64,000 nucleotides of DNA from an uncultured Rhodobacteraceae bacterium (lineage in GTDB: Bacteria > Pseudomonadota > Alphaproteobacteria > Rhodobacterales > Rhodobacteraceae), in NCBI GenBank assembly GCA_965656935.1, contig CBFHMG010000003.1:126870-190869 (forward strand), in the 5' to 3' direction. The translations under genes and the position numbers were made by a program. The first letter of the stretch is position 1, and every line of letters begins with the position of its first letter. Of this stretch, positions 1-9,629 are shown in pieces. The notes under the pieces are model-generated. The model searched no databases. It was not told where the DNA came from and worked only from the letters and a program-made list of their open reading frames with translations.

Positions 1-990
1 GAAGCCTTGGCCACGGACGCCTTCAAAGATTGAGGGGTGGGCCGCAACAATCCCTTCGAGCTTTTGGCGCAGGAACCCCGCGCGGTGGTTCACATCATCC
101 AGCACGCCGTCTTTGGTCAACTCATCCACCACAGCGCAGCCAACCGCGCAGCCAAGCGGATTGCCACCATAGGTGGAACCATGCGTGCCTGCCGTCATGC
201 CAGAGGCGGCAGCTTCCGTGGCCAGCAAAGCACCAAGCGGGAACCCCCCGCCGATGCCCTTGGCGACCATCATGATATCGGGGTTCACGCCCGCCCATTC
301 ATGCGCAAACAGCTTGCCCGTCCTGCCCATGCCACATTGAATCTCGTCAAGGATCAGCAGCAGGCCATGTTCGTCGCAGAGATCACGCAGGCCTTTGAGG
401 CATTGATCAGGCAGCGGGCGGATACCGCTTTCGCCTTGAATGGGCTCGATCATAATCGCGCCGATATCAGACTGTGCGGCGGCTTTGGTCAGCGCCTCAT
501 GATCGCCGAATGGCAGATGCAGGAAGCCCTCCATCAAGGGACCAAAGCCCTTGGTCAGCTTCTCGGCGCCCGCAGCCGCAATCGCACCCGTGGAGCGGCC
601 ATGGAACGCGCCCTCAAAGGTGATGATGCCTATGCGCTCAGACTGGCCTTTTTCATACCAGTATTTCCGCGCCATCTTGATGGCCAGTTCCGCAGCTTCC
701 GTGCCGGAATTGCAGAAAAAGACGGTATCCGCGAAAGTATGCTCAACCAGCTTTTCAGCCAGCGCTTCCTGCTGGGGCACATTATAAAGGTTCGAGGTAT
801 GCCAAAGCTGGTCGGCCTGGTCTTTCAAGGCCCCGACAACCGCAGGATGGCCATGACCGAGCGCCATGACCGCAATGCCCGAGGCGAAATCGAGAAAACG
901 TCGGCCATCTGCCTCGACCAACCATGCCCCTTCGCCTTTGACGAAAGAGAGAGGTGCGCGCGAGTAGCTTGGCAGGACCGGCGAAATCAT
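1..990 (-). CDS. argD: Acetylornithine aminotransferase (class-III PLP aminotransferase); C-terminus lies beyond the window edge
   Basis: Absent from the ORF track because it runs off the window. My reverse-strand translation from ATG (990..988) reads MISPVLPSYSRAPLSFVKGEGAWLVEADGRRFLDFASGIAVMALGHGHP...NSGTEAAELAIKMARKY...LILDEIQCGMGRTGKLFAHEW...THGSTYGGNPL, a class-III aminotransferase/ArgD pattern. The + ORF 37..1086 is its antisense shadow. Confidence 0.85.
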   Translation of the reverse strand, partial: MISPVLPSYSRAPLSFVKGEGAWLVEADGRRFLDFASGIAVMALGHGHPAVVGALKDQADQLWHTSNLYNVPQQEALAEKLVEHTFADTVFFCNSGTEAAELAIKMARKYWYEKGQSERIGIITFEGAFHGRSTGAIAAAGAEKLTKGFGPLMEGFLHLPFGDHEALTKAAAQSDIGAIMIEPIQGESGIRPLPDQCLKGLRDLCDEHGLLLILDEIQCGMGRTGKLFAHEWAGVNPDIMMVAKGIGGGFPLGALLATEAAASGMTAGTHGSTYGGNPLGCAVGCAVVDELTKDGVLDDVNHRAGFLRQKLEGIVAAHPSIFEGVRGQGF

Positions 991-1069
991 CGGAATCTCC
1001 TTGGGTTGAATCGAAGGGATTTGCTTGCCCGAAAGCCACGCCCAAGTCAATTAAGGGCCGCTTATGGGG

Positions 1070-1558
1070 TCAAGCAGCATTCATGATAATACAGGTGGTC
1101 GAGCCCGTCGCATAGAGCTTGCCATCCTGCGCGCCGCGGATGGTACCCTCGGCAACACCCGTTGAGCGCCCCGCATGCGAGACCACACCTTCTGCGATAA
1201 TCTCCATGCCCAAAGGGATCGAACGGGTGATGTTCACCTTGTATTCAAGCGTTGTATAGACCGCGCCCTTGGGCACTTTGGTCATGACGGCGCAGGCCAT
1301 CGCACTATCAAGCAATGTGCCATACCAACCGCCATGCACCGTTCCCATCGGGTTTGTATGCTCGAACTCGGGGCGTCCGTTGAATGTGACGCGGCCATCC
1401 TCAACACTTGTGAGACGGTAATTGATGCCTTGGCCGATCGGAGGGTGGGGCAGGCGCCCTTCAAGGATTGCGCGCATGAAGTCAAAGCCCGACATCGAGG
1501 TCAGCACCTCGCGAGAGACAAGCCCGTTCATATCGCTTGCGAAAATCGGTTCGGCCAT
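1070..1558 (-). CDS. PaaI-family hotdog-fold thioesterase
   Basis: 162 aa. The NPMGTVHGGWYGTLLDSAMACAV motif and overall size are typical of PaaI/YigI-type thioesterases. Confidence 0.75.
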   Translation of the reverse strand: MAEPIFASDMNGLVSREVLTSMSGFDFMRAILEGRLPHPPIGQGINYRLTSVEDGRVTFNGRPEFEHTNPMGTVHGGWYGTLLDSAMACAVMTKVPKGAVYTTLEYKVNITRSIPLGMEIIAEGVVSHAGRSTGVAEGTIRGAQDGKLYATGSTTCIIMNAA

Positions 1559-1640
1559 GGGCGCTCCTTATTTGTATAGGAGCTATGCTGGCCTGCCTTC
1601 CGAGATTGGGCAAGAGGCCGCGCTAAAAACCGACGCAACG

Positions 1641-1667
1641 AAAAAGGGTGCGAGCTGCCTCGCACCC
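1641..1667 (-). terminator. Rho-independent terminator downstream of metF
   Basis: Perfect 9-bp stem gggtgcgag/ctcgcaccc (1646-1654, 1659-1667) with loop ctgc. On the minus strand it is followed by TTTTT (plus-strand aaaaa at 1641-1645). Confidence 0.65.
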
Positions 1668-1697
1668 TTTCCTATTGGTTGTCTCGAAAGAAACGCT

Positions 1698-2564
1698 TTA
1701 GGCGACTTCGGCAAGGCTGGCCTGAGGGGTCACGCCAAGGGCTGCGCAAATCTCGCGGGTCAGGTCAGGGGTGTTGAGCGTGTAGAAATGCAGGTCCTCG
1801 ACACCGCCCTCGATCAGGTCCGAACAAAGCTCAGTACAGATCGCGGTGGATAGAAGATGTTCGCGATCATCACGTTCGGCCTTGTCATAGGCCTCATCCA
1901 CCCAAGTCGGAATGAAGGCCCCAGTAGCTGCGGCAAAGCGGCGGACCGCTTTCCATTTGTTGATCGGCAGGATGCCCGGAATGATCGTTGCGTCAATGCC
2001 CGCTTTTTCGCAGGCGTCGCGGAAACGGAAGAAGGTTTCGGCTTCAAAGAAAAACTGCGTGATTGCTGAGGATGCGCCCGCATCGACCTTGCGCTTGAGC
2101 CAGTCAACGCAGGCCTGCATGTCAGCGGCTTCGGGATGCGGGTCTGGGTAGGCACCAACGCGGATGTTGAACTTGCCTGTCTCGGCCAAGGCCTCGATCA
2201 GTTCGACGGAATTGGCAAAGCCGCCGGGATGCTGGGTGAAATGGCCTTCACCCTTTGGCGGGTCGCCGCGCAGCGCCACGATATCGGTCACGCCAGCCGC
2301 GGCATAGCTATTGGCGATCTCAAGGGTTTCTTCGCGGGTGGCTTTCACACAGGTCAAATGCGCCGCAACCTTTACCCCGTAATTGGCATGGATTGTTTTG
2401 ACCGCATCATGGGTCAGATCACGCGTTGTGCCGCCCGCGCCATAGGTCACCGAGACGAATTCAGGCGAGAGCGGTGCCAGCACTCCGAGCGTATCCCACA
2501 GCTTGAATGACGCCTCGATCGATTGGGGCGGGAAGAATTCGAAGGAAACGCGCGGCGTGGTCAT
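1698..2564 (-). CDS. metF: 5,10-methylenetetrahydrofolate reductase
   Basis: 288 aa. SFEFFPP...VSVTYGAGGTTR...AAHLTCV...IVALRGDPP are canonical MetF motifs. Confidence 0.9.
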   Translation of the reverse strand: MTTPRVSFEFFPPQSIEASFKLWDTLGVLAPLSPEFVSVTYGAGGTTRDLTHDAVKTIHANYGVKVAAHLTCVKATREETLEIANSYAAAGVTDIVALRGDPPKGEGHFTQHPGGFANSVELIEALAETGKFNIRVGAYPDPHPEAADMQACVDWLKRKVDAGASSAITQFFFEAETFFRFRDACEKAGIDATIIPGILPINKWKAVRRFAAATGAFIPTWVDEAYDKAERDDREHLLSTAICTELCSDLIEGGVEDLHFYTLNTPDLTREICAALGVTPQASLAEVA

Positions 2565-2616
2565 GTGATTCTCAATCCTTGATCTATTACCCCATGATGT
2601 CGCATAGATTGCTCTA

Positions 2617-2629
2617 GTGAGACAAATTC
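2617..2629. promoter_or_regulatory. Candidate MetR/LysR operator (TGAg-N5-TTCA) in the metF-metR divergent region
   Basis: tgagacaaattca matches the enterobacterial MetR consensus TGAA-N5-TTCA with one mismatch and fits the LysR T-N11-A pattern. It sits between divergent metF and metR. Confidence 0.3.
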
Positions 2630-2658
2630 ATAAAACTCATCATCTATATGAGCCGCAC

Positions 2659-3567
2659 ATGCATATCGAGTTTCGACATCTGAAAACCATCAAGGCCATT
2701 TATGAATCGGGTGGCCTCGCGAAAGCGGCGGATACCCTTCATATCACGCAATCTGCCCTCAGCCATCAGATCAAGGGGCTGGAGGATCAGGCGGGGGTTG
2801 AGTTGTTCGTGCGGCGCTCAAAGCCGATGAAGCTGTCGCCTGCGGGAATGAAGCTGCTGCGCTTGGCCGAAGACATCCTGCCAAGGATCGCCGCCTTGGA
2901 GGAAGATTTCAGTGGCCTGCGCTCGGGCAAGACGGGGCGCTTGCATATCGCCATCGAATGTCATGCCTGTTTTGATTGGTTGCTGCCCGTGCTGGAAGCC
3001 TTCAGGCAAGCATGGCCTGATATTGATGTTGATATTCGCCCCGGTCTGCAATTTGAGGCCTTACCCGCATTGCTGCGCGAGGAGGTGGATTTGGTCGTCT
3101 CCTCGGACCCAGAAGATTTGCCTGGCGTCGATTTCACGCCGCTTTTTGATTATGAGCCTGTTTTCATTTGCTCAAACCAGCATCCTCTGGCCCAGAAGGA
3201 TTATATCGAGGCCTCGGATTTCACCAATGAAACGCTGATTACCTATCCTGTTGAACGCACGCGGCTTGATGTGTTCACGGGGCTTTTGATGCCTGCAGGG
3301 CTTGAGCCGAAATCCATACGGCAGGTGGAGCTATCGGCGGTGATCCTGCTTTTGGTGGCCTCTAATCGGGGCGTTGCGGTCTTGCCCGATTGGGTGGTGC
3401 GCGGGCAGGGGCATAGCTCCAGCCTTGTGACCAAACCGCTGACAAAAACGGGCCTGACCAAGCGGCTCTATGGGGCGACGCGACGTGATGATACGACCAA
3501 ACCTTTCATGTCGCATGTCTTGAAGCTGGCCCGTACCGAGCCACCGAAACTCCAGCGGCGCGATTAA
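2659..3567 (+). CDS. metR: LysR-family transcriptional activator MetR
   Basis: Collinear with E. coli MetR as I remember it: HTH ..TQSALSHQI.., RLHIAIECHACFDWLLP, LFDYEP, TYPVERTRLDVF. ATG at 2659 is preferred over the GTG at 2617 given in the track. Confidence 0.8.
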   Translation: MHIEFRHLKTIKAIYESGGLAKAADTLHITQSALSHQIKGLEDQAGVELFVRRSKPMKLSPAGMKLLRLAEDILPRIAALEEDFSGLRSGKTGRLHIAIECHACFDWLLPVLEAFRQAWPDIDVDIRPGLQFEALPALLREEVDLVVSSDPEDLPGVDFTPLFDYEPVFICSNQHPLAQKDYIEASDFTNETLITYPVERTRLDVFTGLLMPAGLEPKSIRQVELSAVILLLVASNRGVAVLPDWVVRGQGHSSSLVTKPLTKTGLTKRLYGATRRDDTTKPFMSHVLKLARTEPPKLQRRD

Positions 3568-3677
3568 ACTGGGGCAACCCTTGGCCAAAGGGCGGCAAGT
3601 TAAAGGATTTGCCCCCCTTGGCATAAGGCGCACTGCCCGCTATACGCCGCGCTTGTCGCACGCCCAAGGATAAGACT

Positions 3678-4475
3678 ATGCAAGGTTCAGCCAATCTCAA
3701 CATCATGATCAAGGCGGCCCGCAAAGCAGGGCGCAGCCTCGTGAAAGACTTCCGCGAAGTGGAAAACCTGCAGGTCTCCTCCAAAGGCCCCGGAGATTTC
3801 GTGAGCCGTGCCGATAAGGCCGCCGAGGATATCTTGCGTGAAGAGCTGATGCTGGCGCGCCCGAATTACGGCTTCTTGGGCGAAGAGGGCACCTCGATCG
3901 AGGGCACTGACCCAACCCGCCGCTGGATTGTTGATCCGCTGGATGGCACCACGAATTTCCTGCACGGCATGCCGCATTGGGCCGTGTCCATCGCGCTTGA
4001 GCATAAGGGCGAGATCGTTGCAGGCGTGGTTTTTGACCCTGCCAAAGACGAGATGTTCTATGCTGAAAAAGGCTCGGGCGCGTGGCTGAATGACAGCCAG
4101 CGCATTCGCGTCTCGGGGCGCAACCGTATGATCGAGTCGGTTTTTGCCACGGGCCTTCCTTTCGGCGGCAAGAAATACCTTCCCGCCGCCTTGCGTGATC
4201 TGGGGCAGCTTTTGCCGATGACGGCAGGTGTGCGCCGTTGGGGCGCTGCATCGCTGGATTTGGCCTATGTCGCGGCTGGTCGCTATGAGGGCTATTGGGA
4301 ATATGATCTCAATGCGTGGGATATCGCAGCGGGCATCATTCTGGTGCGTGAAGCAGGCGGGTTTGTCGAGCCTGTCCGTGAAGGTCAGAACATGCTGGAA
4401 GACGGCCATCTGATCGCGGCCTCTGGCACGATGTTCGAACCCTTTGCAAAAGTCATTCGCAGCGCGAAAGACTAA
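3678..4475 (+). CDS. suhB: Inositol monophosphatase family protein (SuhB-like)
   Basis: 265 aa. FLGEEG, WIVDPLDGTTNF and WDIAAG are IMPase-family motifs. Confidence 0.88.
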   Translation: MQGSANLNIMIKAARKAGRSLVKDFREVENLQVSSKGPGDFVSRADKAAEDILREELMLARPNYGFLGEEGTSIEGTDPTRRWIVDPLDGTTNFLHGMPHWAVSIALEHKGEIVAGVVFDPAKDEMFYAEKGSGAWLNDSQRIRVSGRNRMIESVFATGLPFGGKKYLPAALRDLGQLLPMTAGVRRWGAASLDLAYVAAGRYEGYWEYDLNAWDIAAGIILVREAGGFVEPVREGQNMLEDGHLIAASGTMFEPFAKVIRSAKD

Positions 4476-4560
4476 AGCATTTAACCTCAGTTGTTGCACG
4501 ACGCATCACGCGCCGAAATCTGTGATTTCAGGCGGCGCTGGGCGCTCATAACTCTAGGCT

Positions 4561-5250
4561 TTAGTGGTTTTCCGTCATTTGCTGAAGGATACCTGCGATC
4601 ATCAGGTAAACGGATGTCGCGGCCACTACCATTGTGAGCGCGGGGTTTGATGCGAAATCTGTCCAAGCGGCATAGGTGATGCCAGCCGTCCAAAGGACAG
4701 CCATGCCGAGAGAGAAGGGCCGCCAGCGCTTGGTGCGCACGGGATGGATGAATTTCAGCGGCACAAACATCGCTGCCGCCAAAAGCACCACCAGACCAAG
4801 CGTGACCCACCAAGGTGGAACGATCACCAAAAGCGGCAAAACCAGCATGTTCCAGCATCCGGGAAAACCCCTGAAGCTGTAATCCGCCGTCTTCATCCGC
4901 GTGTCTGCGTAATAAATCGCACTGGCAAAAGGGATCAGCAAAACCGCGACCCAGCCGCTCCAACCGGGCAAAAGCCCCGAGGCGTAAAGCGCATAGGCGG
5001 GAATCATCACATAGGTCAGAAAATCGACCATGAGATCGAGGATCACACCATCAATCTCGGGGGCATGTTCGCTGACCTCGTAATGGCGCGCCAAGGGCCC
5101 GTCGATCCCGTCGACCACAAAGGCAACCGCCAGCCAAAGCGCCATGCCCGCCCAGTTGTGCTGCATCGCCTCAAGCAGGGCCAGCATCGCAAGCGATGCG
5201 CCCACGGCGGTCAACATATGGATCAGGAAGGCTTTATGGCGTTGGGTCAT
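4561..5250 (-). CDS. pcs: Phosphatidylcholine synthase (CDP-alcohol phosphatidyltransferase family)
   Basis: Polytopic membrane protein with a DGIDGPLAR...D CDP-alcohol transferase motif. The N-terminus KAFLIHMLTAVGA is typical of Pcs. ATG at 5250 is preferred (alternatives 5262 and 5286). Confidence 0.75.
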   Translation of the reverse strand: MTQRHKAFLIHMLTAVGASLAMLALLEAMQHNWAGMALWLAVAFVVDGIDGPLARHYEVSEHAPEIDGVILDLMVDFLTYVMIPAYALYASGLLPGWSGWVAVLLIPFASAIYYADTRMKTADYSFRGFPGCWNMLVLPLLVIVPPWWVTLGLVVLLAAAMFVPLKFIHPVRTKRWRPFSLGMAVLWTAGITYAAWTDFASNPALTMVVAATSVYLMIAGILQQMTENH

Positions 5251-5307
5251 TTGATGCCTCATGCCTCCTTGTGGGAGAGAGTGCAACAGTTCTGTGACAC
5301 TGCCCGC

Positions 5308-6231
5308 TCATGCTTTTGGATGCGCGGCGTTATAGACCTCCAGCAAACGCGCGGTATCCACCGCCGTATAGGCCTGCGTGGTCGACAATGACGCATGGCC
5401 CAATAATTCCTGAATGGCGCGCAAATCGCCGCCCGCATTGAGCAGGTGGGTCGCGAAGCTGTGGCGCATGGCATGGGGGGTGGCGCTTGCGGGAAGGCCC
5501 AGTTGCAAACGCGCCTGTTCAACCATTTTTGCCACTTGGCGCGGGTTGAGCGGCCCGCCGCGGATGCCGCGAAACAGGGGCTCGCTTGGATCGGAGCGAT
5601 AGGGGCAGAGGGCGACATAGCGGGCCACGGCGTCACGCGCGGCAGGCAACACAGGCACCTCGCGATCTTTTCCGCCTTTGCCCGTGATCCGCAAGGTATC
5701 GCCCATGGGCAGGTTGGCCCCCGTCAGTCCGAGCGCCTCGGAGCGGCGCAAACCGCAGCCATAAAGCAAGGTCACAATCGCGGTGTCGCGGGCTTGCACC
5801 CAGTCGCGCGCGTCTTGCTGGCCTACGACCTCTAGCACATCCTTTGCTGCGCTTTCGCTCAAAGGGCGGGGCAGGGGGCGTTGGTATTTCGGGGCGCGAA
5901 CCGACAGAACGGGCGTAGGGTCAAAGCGCTCATGATCCGACCACCAACGGTAAAAGCTCTTCACAGCCGACAATCGGCGCGCCAGCGACCGCGCGCCCAC
6001 ACCGCGCCCGCGTTCCTCGGCCATCCATGCGCGCATCTGGCGAATGCCAAGCGTTTGCAAGGGCGTCAGCCCGAGGCTGTCACCTGCATAGACGGATTGA
6101 AAGCTGAGAAACCCGAGAAGGTCGCGGGTATAGGCGTCGATCGTGGCGTCTGATGCCCCATCGATGGATTGCACATGTGCAAGCCATCGTTGAAGCAGAT
6201 CGCGGGCGGCAGGCGAGAGGGCGAGGCTCAT
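5308..6231 (-). CDS. xerC: Tyrosine site-specific recombinase XerC (chromosome dimer resolution)
   Basis: 307 aa. Catalytic R...HxxR...Y signature (LRRSEAL, HAMRHSFATHLL, GHASLSTTQAYT). It lies immediately downstream of a DUF484 gene, which is the usual xerC context. Confidence 0.8.
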   Translation of the reverse strand: MSLALSPAARDLLQRWLAHVQSIDGASDATIDAYTRDLLGFLSFQSVYAGDSLGLTPLQTLGIRQMRAWMAEERGRGVGARSLARRLSAVKSFYRWWSDHERFDPTPVLSVRAPKYQRPLPRPLSESAAKDVLEVVGQQDARDWVQARDTAIVTLLYGCGLRRSEALGLTGANLPMGDTLRITGKGGKDREVPVLPAARDAVARYVALCPYRSDPSEPLFRGIRGGPLNPRQVAKMVEQARLQLGLPASATPHAMRHSFATHLLNAGGDLRAIQELLGHASLSTTQAYTAVDTARLLEVYNAAHPKA

Positions 6232-6235
6232 CGCC

Positions 6236-6949
6236 TCAGTCCAGGTATTTCCACATCGCGCGTTCGAACACGCCCGTGAAAAAGGCCAAGAGATCGGTGC
6301 CTTGGTTGGGGCGGAATTGGTGCGGATCTTCCGCCCCCATCACCAACATACCAGGCAAGCGGCCCTTGCCCAGATCAAGCCGGAGCAGCGCCTCGGAGCC
6401 GATCCAGCTTGCCGCATCGCCGAAGATTTCCTCGGAACTGTCACCGACCTGCCTGAGCGTAACTATCCGCTGTGGCACGTCGCGCCCTGCCGAGAGATAA
6501 AGATCGATGAAGCCAGCGGGCACGACTGTCAGCACATCTTCCAGCTTCTGCACAGTTGCGGCAGAGCTTTCGGTGACATCCTTGCTTTCCAGAACAAGCC
6601 TGATGCGATCCACGCGCAAAATCTCGGCAATCTCATTGCCGAGTGCTTTGAGGAAGGTCTCGAAATCGGGTTGTTCCAGAATCTTGAGAAGGGCGCGATG
6701 CACTTGGTTGGTGCCTGCAAGGTTCTCATAAGCCGCGGCAATCACCGAGCGATGCGTATCCTCAAGCCGGTCGAGCCGGTTCTCAAGACGCTCCATCGCG
6801 ATGCCGCGCATATCCACAATATTGCCGCCCATCTGGCGGTCATTTGCCGAGATCAGCGCCCGCATCAGGTCGCGATCCTCAAGCACCAGTTCGGGGTCTG
6901 CCAAGACGCGTTCGCGCCAATCTTCCAACAATTCTGCTCGTTCAGTCAC
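6236..6949 (-). CDS. DUF484-family protein (GAF-like), xerC partner
   Basis: 237 aa with a GTG start. N-terminal LADPELV...DRDLMRAL followed by a GAF-like body. There is a 4-nt gap to xerC. Confidence 0.75.
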   Translation of the reverse strand: MTERAELLEDWRERVLADPELVLEDRDLMRALISANDRQMGGNIVDMRGIAMERLENRLDRLEDTHRSVIAAAYENLAGTNQVHRALLKILEQPDFETFLKALGNEIAEILRVDRIRLVLESKDVTESSAATVQKLEDVLTVVPAGFIDLYLSAGRDVPQRIVTLRQVGDSSEEIFGDAASWIGSEALLRLDLGKGRLPGMLVMGAEDPHQFRPNQGTDLLAFFTGVFERAMWKYLD

Positions 6950-7051
6950 CGGTATGCCTCAAGTGTTTTTTATGATTTGGCGCGACCATACACGATCTCT
7001 TCAGGATTTTCTGCCCTGTTTTTTGCTTCATCCCTCATGAACGTGTCCTAG

Positions 7052-7298
7052 CCGTTATCGCAAGGGGTTTGATCGGCCATCGCTTTGATCGCAGCAAGCA
7101 ATCCCGCTTGGTATCCAGCGCAATGGTCGCGGCAAAAACGGGTTCATTGCGCGCATCTCAGAATTCCTTGCTCACATCCTTGATGTCATGGCTGGATTTC
7201 ATGATGATAGAGCGGGTCATGGTCAGAGCATCGACCAGAGCAAAAACATTGAACGCGCGGATCGCATCGACATCGGCGGTGTCTATAAAGAATTTAAT
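7052..7298 (-). pseudogene. Degenerate, truncated remnant of a short-form transaldolase / fructose-6-phosphate aldolase
   Basis: The minus-strand translation IKFFIDTADVDAIRAFNVFALVDALTMTRSIIMKSSHDIKDVSKEF*DARNEPVFAATIALDTKR aligns with the Tal N-terminus MKFFVDTA.IDAI.ELN.LGMVDGVTTNPSLI.KSGRDI.EVTKEI...GPVSAEV.A.DAE. The start codon is ATT (7298..7296) where ATG is expected. There is an in-frame stop at 7158..7160, the TNPS motif is decayed, and about 140 codons including the catalytic Lys region are missing. Confidence 0.5.
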
Positions 7299-7372
7299 GG
7301 CTGTGCTGGCTTTTAAAGCATAGTCGATGTGTGTTGCCGCCCAGTAGCGCAATGCCCTGCCAGCGGGAAAGC

Positions 7373-9565
7373 ATGACCCAAGACTATTTCACACAAGGCG
7401 AATTGGTTGGCGTGCTGACGGCCGAGCCGCTTGATCGGGTGCTTGACTACAAAGCGCCCGAGGGCGGGTGTTGGCTTGGTGCCTTCGTCGAGGTGCCGCT
7501 TGGCCCGCGCAAGGTCTTGGGAGTTGTCTGGGGAGCAGGCAAGGGGGATTGGGATATTTCCAAGGTGCGGCAGGTACGCCGCGTGCTGGATGTGGCCCCG
7601 ATGCGCAGCGAATTGCGCGCGTTTCTCGAAAAAGCGGGGGCTTATACGCTGACCCCGATCTCGGCGATGCTGCGTTTGGCAACCCGCGCGCCTGGCCTGT
7701 CCGATCCGCCTTCGATGCGCAAAATCTACCGTCTTGGGGCCACAATACCCGACCGCATGACCGATGCGCGTGCCCGTGTTCTTGCGGTGCTTGAAGAATA
7801 TGGCGGGCTTGGCTTCACCTTGAAAGAACTGGCCGAAATGGCGGGCGTGACCTCAAGCGTGGTGAAGGGGCTTGCCGCTCAAGGCGCGGTCGAGGAAGTC
7901 GATACCCCGCGCGATACCCCCTATTTGCCGCTTGATCCCGACCTGCCGAGCAAGGCTTTGACGACAGACCAATCGCTGGCTGCAAAAATCCTGCGCGAGG
8001 CAATCACATCGCGCAGCTATGGCACCACCTTGCTGAAAGGGGTGACGGGGTCGGGCAAAACCGAAGTGTATCTTGAAGCGGTTGCTGCGTGCCTCAAGGC
8101 AGGACGACAGGCTTTGGTGCTTTTGCCCGAAATTGCCCTGACCAGTGAATTCCTCACCCGCGTTGAAGCGCGTTTTGGCGCAAAGCCCGCCGAATGGCAT
8201 TCGGGCGTGACCATGACCGAGCGTCGGCGCTGCTGGAAAATGGTCGGGCTTGGTGAGGCGCAATTGGTGGTGGGGGCCCGCTCGGCACTGTTTTTGCCTT
8301 TCCGCGATCTTGGGTTGATCGTGGTCGATGAGGAACATGACACCTCCTACAAGCAGGAGGATGGGGTTCTTTATAATGCCCGCGACATGGCCGTGCTGCG
8401 CGCCTCGCTCAATTCCGCGCAAGTCGTTCTGGCCTCGGCCACCCCCTCGCTTGAAAGCTGGTCCAACGCGCAAGCGGGCAAATATGCCCGCCTTGATCTT
8501 CAGGCTCGCTTTGGCGCGGCCGAGCTGCCTGCCATGCATGCCGTTGATATGCGGGCTGAGGATTTGCCCTCAGGCTTATGGATTTCCCCAAGCCTGCAAA
8601 TGGCCGTGAAGCGGCGCTTGGCATCAGGCGAGCAATCGCTGTTGTTCCTGAACCGTCGCGGCTATGCCCCCGTCACCCTATGCCGTGCTTGCGGCGAACA
8701 GGTGGGCTGTGACCATTGCGATGCACGCATGGTCGAGCACCGTTTTCAAAAACGGTTGATGTGTCATCAATGCGGTGAAACCAAACCCGTGCCGGAGGTC
8801 TGCCCGTCCTGCAAGGTCGAGGGGAAGATGGCTGTTGTGGGGCCCGGGGTTGAGCGTGTGGCCGAAGAGGCCGCCATGCTGTTCCCCGATGCAAAACAGG
8901 CGATCCTCTCTTCTGATCTTTTTGGCTCGGCGCGCGCGTTGAAATCCCAGATCGAGGAAATTGCCGCAGGCGAGACCGATATCATCATTGGCACGCAGCT
9001 TGTGGCCAAAGGGCATAATTTCCCGCGCCTGACCTTGGTGGGCGTGATTGATGCCGATCTTGGCTTGCAAGGCTCGGATTTGCGCGCGGCTGAACGGACC
9101 TTCCAATTGATGCGCCAAGTCGCGGGGCGCGCGGGGCGTGCCGAAAAAACGGGCGAGGCCTTGTTGCAAACCTTCCAGCCTGAACACCCTGTCATCCGTG
9201 CTACGCTTGCAGGGGATGATGAAGGGTTCTGGCAGGCCGAAGCGGAAGAACGACAGGCAACGGGCATGCCCCCTTTTGGCAAGCTGGCAGGCATAATCAT
9301 CTCCTCGCCTGATGCCGCGCAGGCCTTTGATCTGGGCGCGCACTTGGCGCGCAATGACCAACCGCTGCGCGATGTGGGGGCCATTGTCTATGGCCCCGCG
9401 CCCGCCCCGATTGCCCGCGTGCGGGGTCGCCACCGCGTCAGGTTGCTGGTCAAGGCCCCCAAAGGGATTGCCCTGCAAGCCGCCATTGCCCGTTGGACGG
9501 GTAATCTCAAGCTGCCCAATACTTTGCGCCTCTCGGTCGATATCGATCCGCAAAGCTTCTACTGA
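7373..9565 (+). CDS. priA: Primosomal replication-restart helicase PriA
   Basis: Walker [18 protein letters not shown] box, Cys-rich zinc-binding insert ([14 protein letters not shown]...CHQCG...CPSC). ATG at 7373 is preferred over 7331. Confidence 0.92.
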   Translation: MTQDYFTQGELVGVLTAEPLDRVLDYKAPEGGCWLGAFVEVPLGPRKVLGVVWGAGKGDWDISKVRQVRRVLDVAPMRSELRAFLEKAGAYTLTPISAMLRLATRAPGLSDPPSMRKIYRLGATIPDRMTDARARVLAVLEEYGGLGFTLKELAEMAGVTSSVVKGLAAQGAVEEVDTPRDTPYLPLDPDLPSKALTTDQSLAAKILREAITSRSYGTTLLKGVTGSGKTEVYLEAVAACLKAGRQALVLLPEIALTSEFLTRVEARFGAKPAEWHSGVTMTERRRCWKMVGLGEAQLVVGARSALFLPFRDLGLIVVDEEHDTSYKQEDGVLYNARDMAVLRASLNSAQVVLASATPSLESWSNAQAGKYARLDLQARFGAAELPAMHAVDMRAEDLPSGLWISPSLQMAVKRRLASGEQSLLFLNRRGYAPVTLCRACGEQVGCDHCDARMVEHRFQKRLMCHQCGETKPVPEVCPSCKVEGKMAVVGPGVERVAEEAAMLFPDAKQAILSSDLFGSARALKSQIEEIAAGETDIIIGTQLVAKGHNFPRLTLVGVIDADLGLQGSDLRAAERTFQLMRQVAGRAGRAEKTGEALLQTFQPEHPVIRATLAGDDEGFWQAEAEERQATGMPPFGKLAGIIISSPDAAQAFDLGAHLARNDQPLRDVGAIVYGPAPAPIARVRGRHRVRLLVKAPKGIALQAAIARWTGNLKLPNTLRLSVDIDPQSFY

Positions 9566-9629
9566 TTGCGGTTCCCTTGCGCGGCCTGCCTCGCTAAAAC
9601 CCTCGAAACATTTAATGGAATCCCGCCCC

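Noticed and set aside
37-1086. 349-aa plus-strand ORF at the window start
   Set aside because: It is the antisense shadow of argD. The opposite strand gives a clean class-III aminotransferase translation, while this frame is Arg/Ala/Gly-rich nonsense typical of high-GC antisense frames.
5308-6231. Tyrosine recombinase as a marker of an integrated mobile element
   Set aside because: The sequence and the DUF484 partner identify it as housekeeping XerC. There is no adjacent tRNA, direct repeats, phage or conjugation genes.
9312-9629. N-terminal extension of the hisC ORF overlapping the end of priA
   Set aside because: The extension is Pro/Arg/Ala-rich and overlaps priA in another frame. The conserved HisC sequence begins near [10 protein letters not shown] (ATG 9630).
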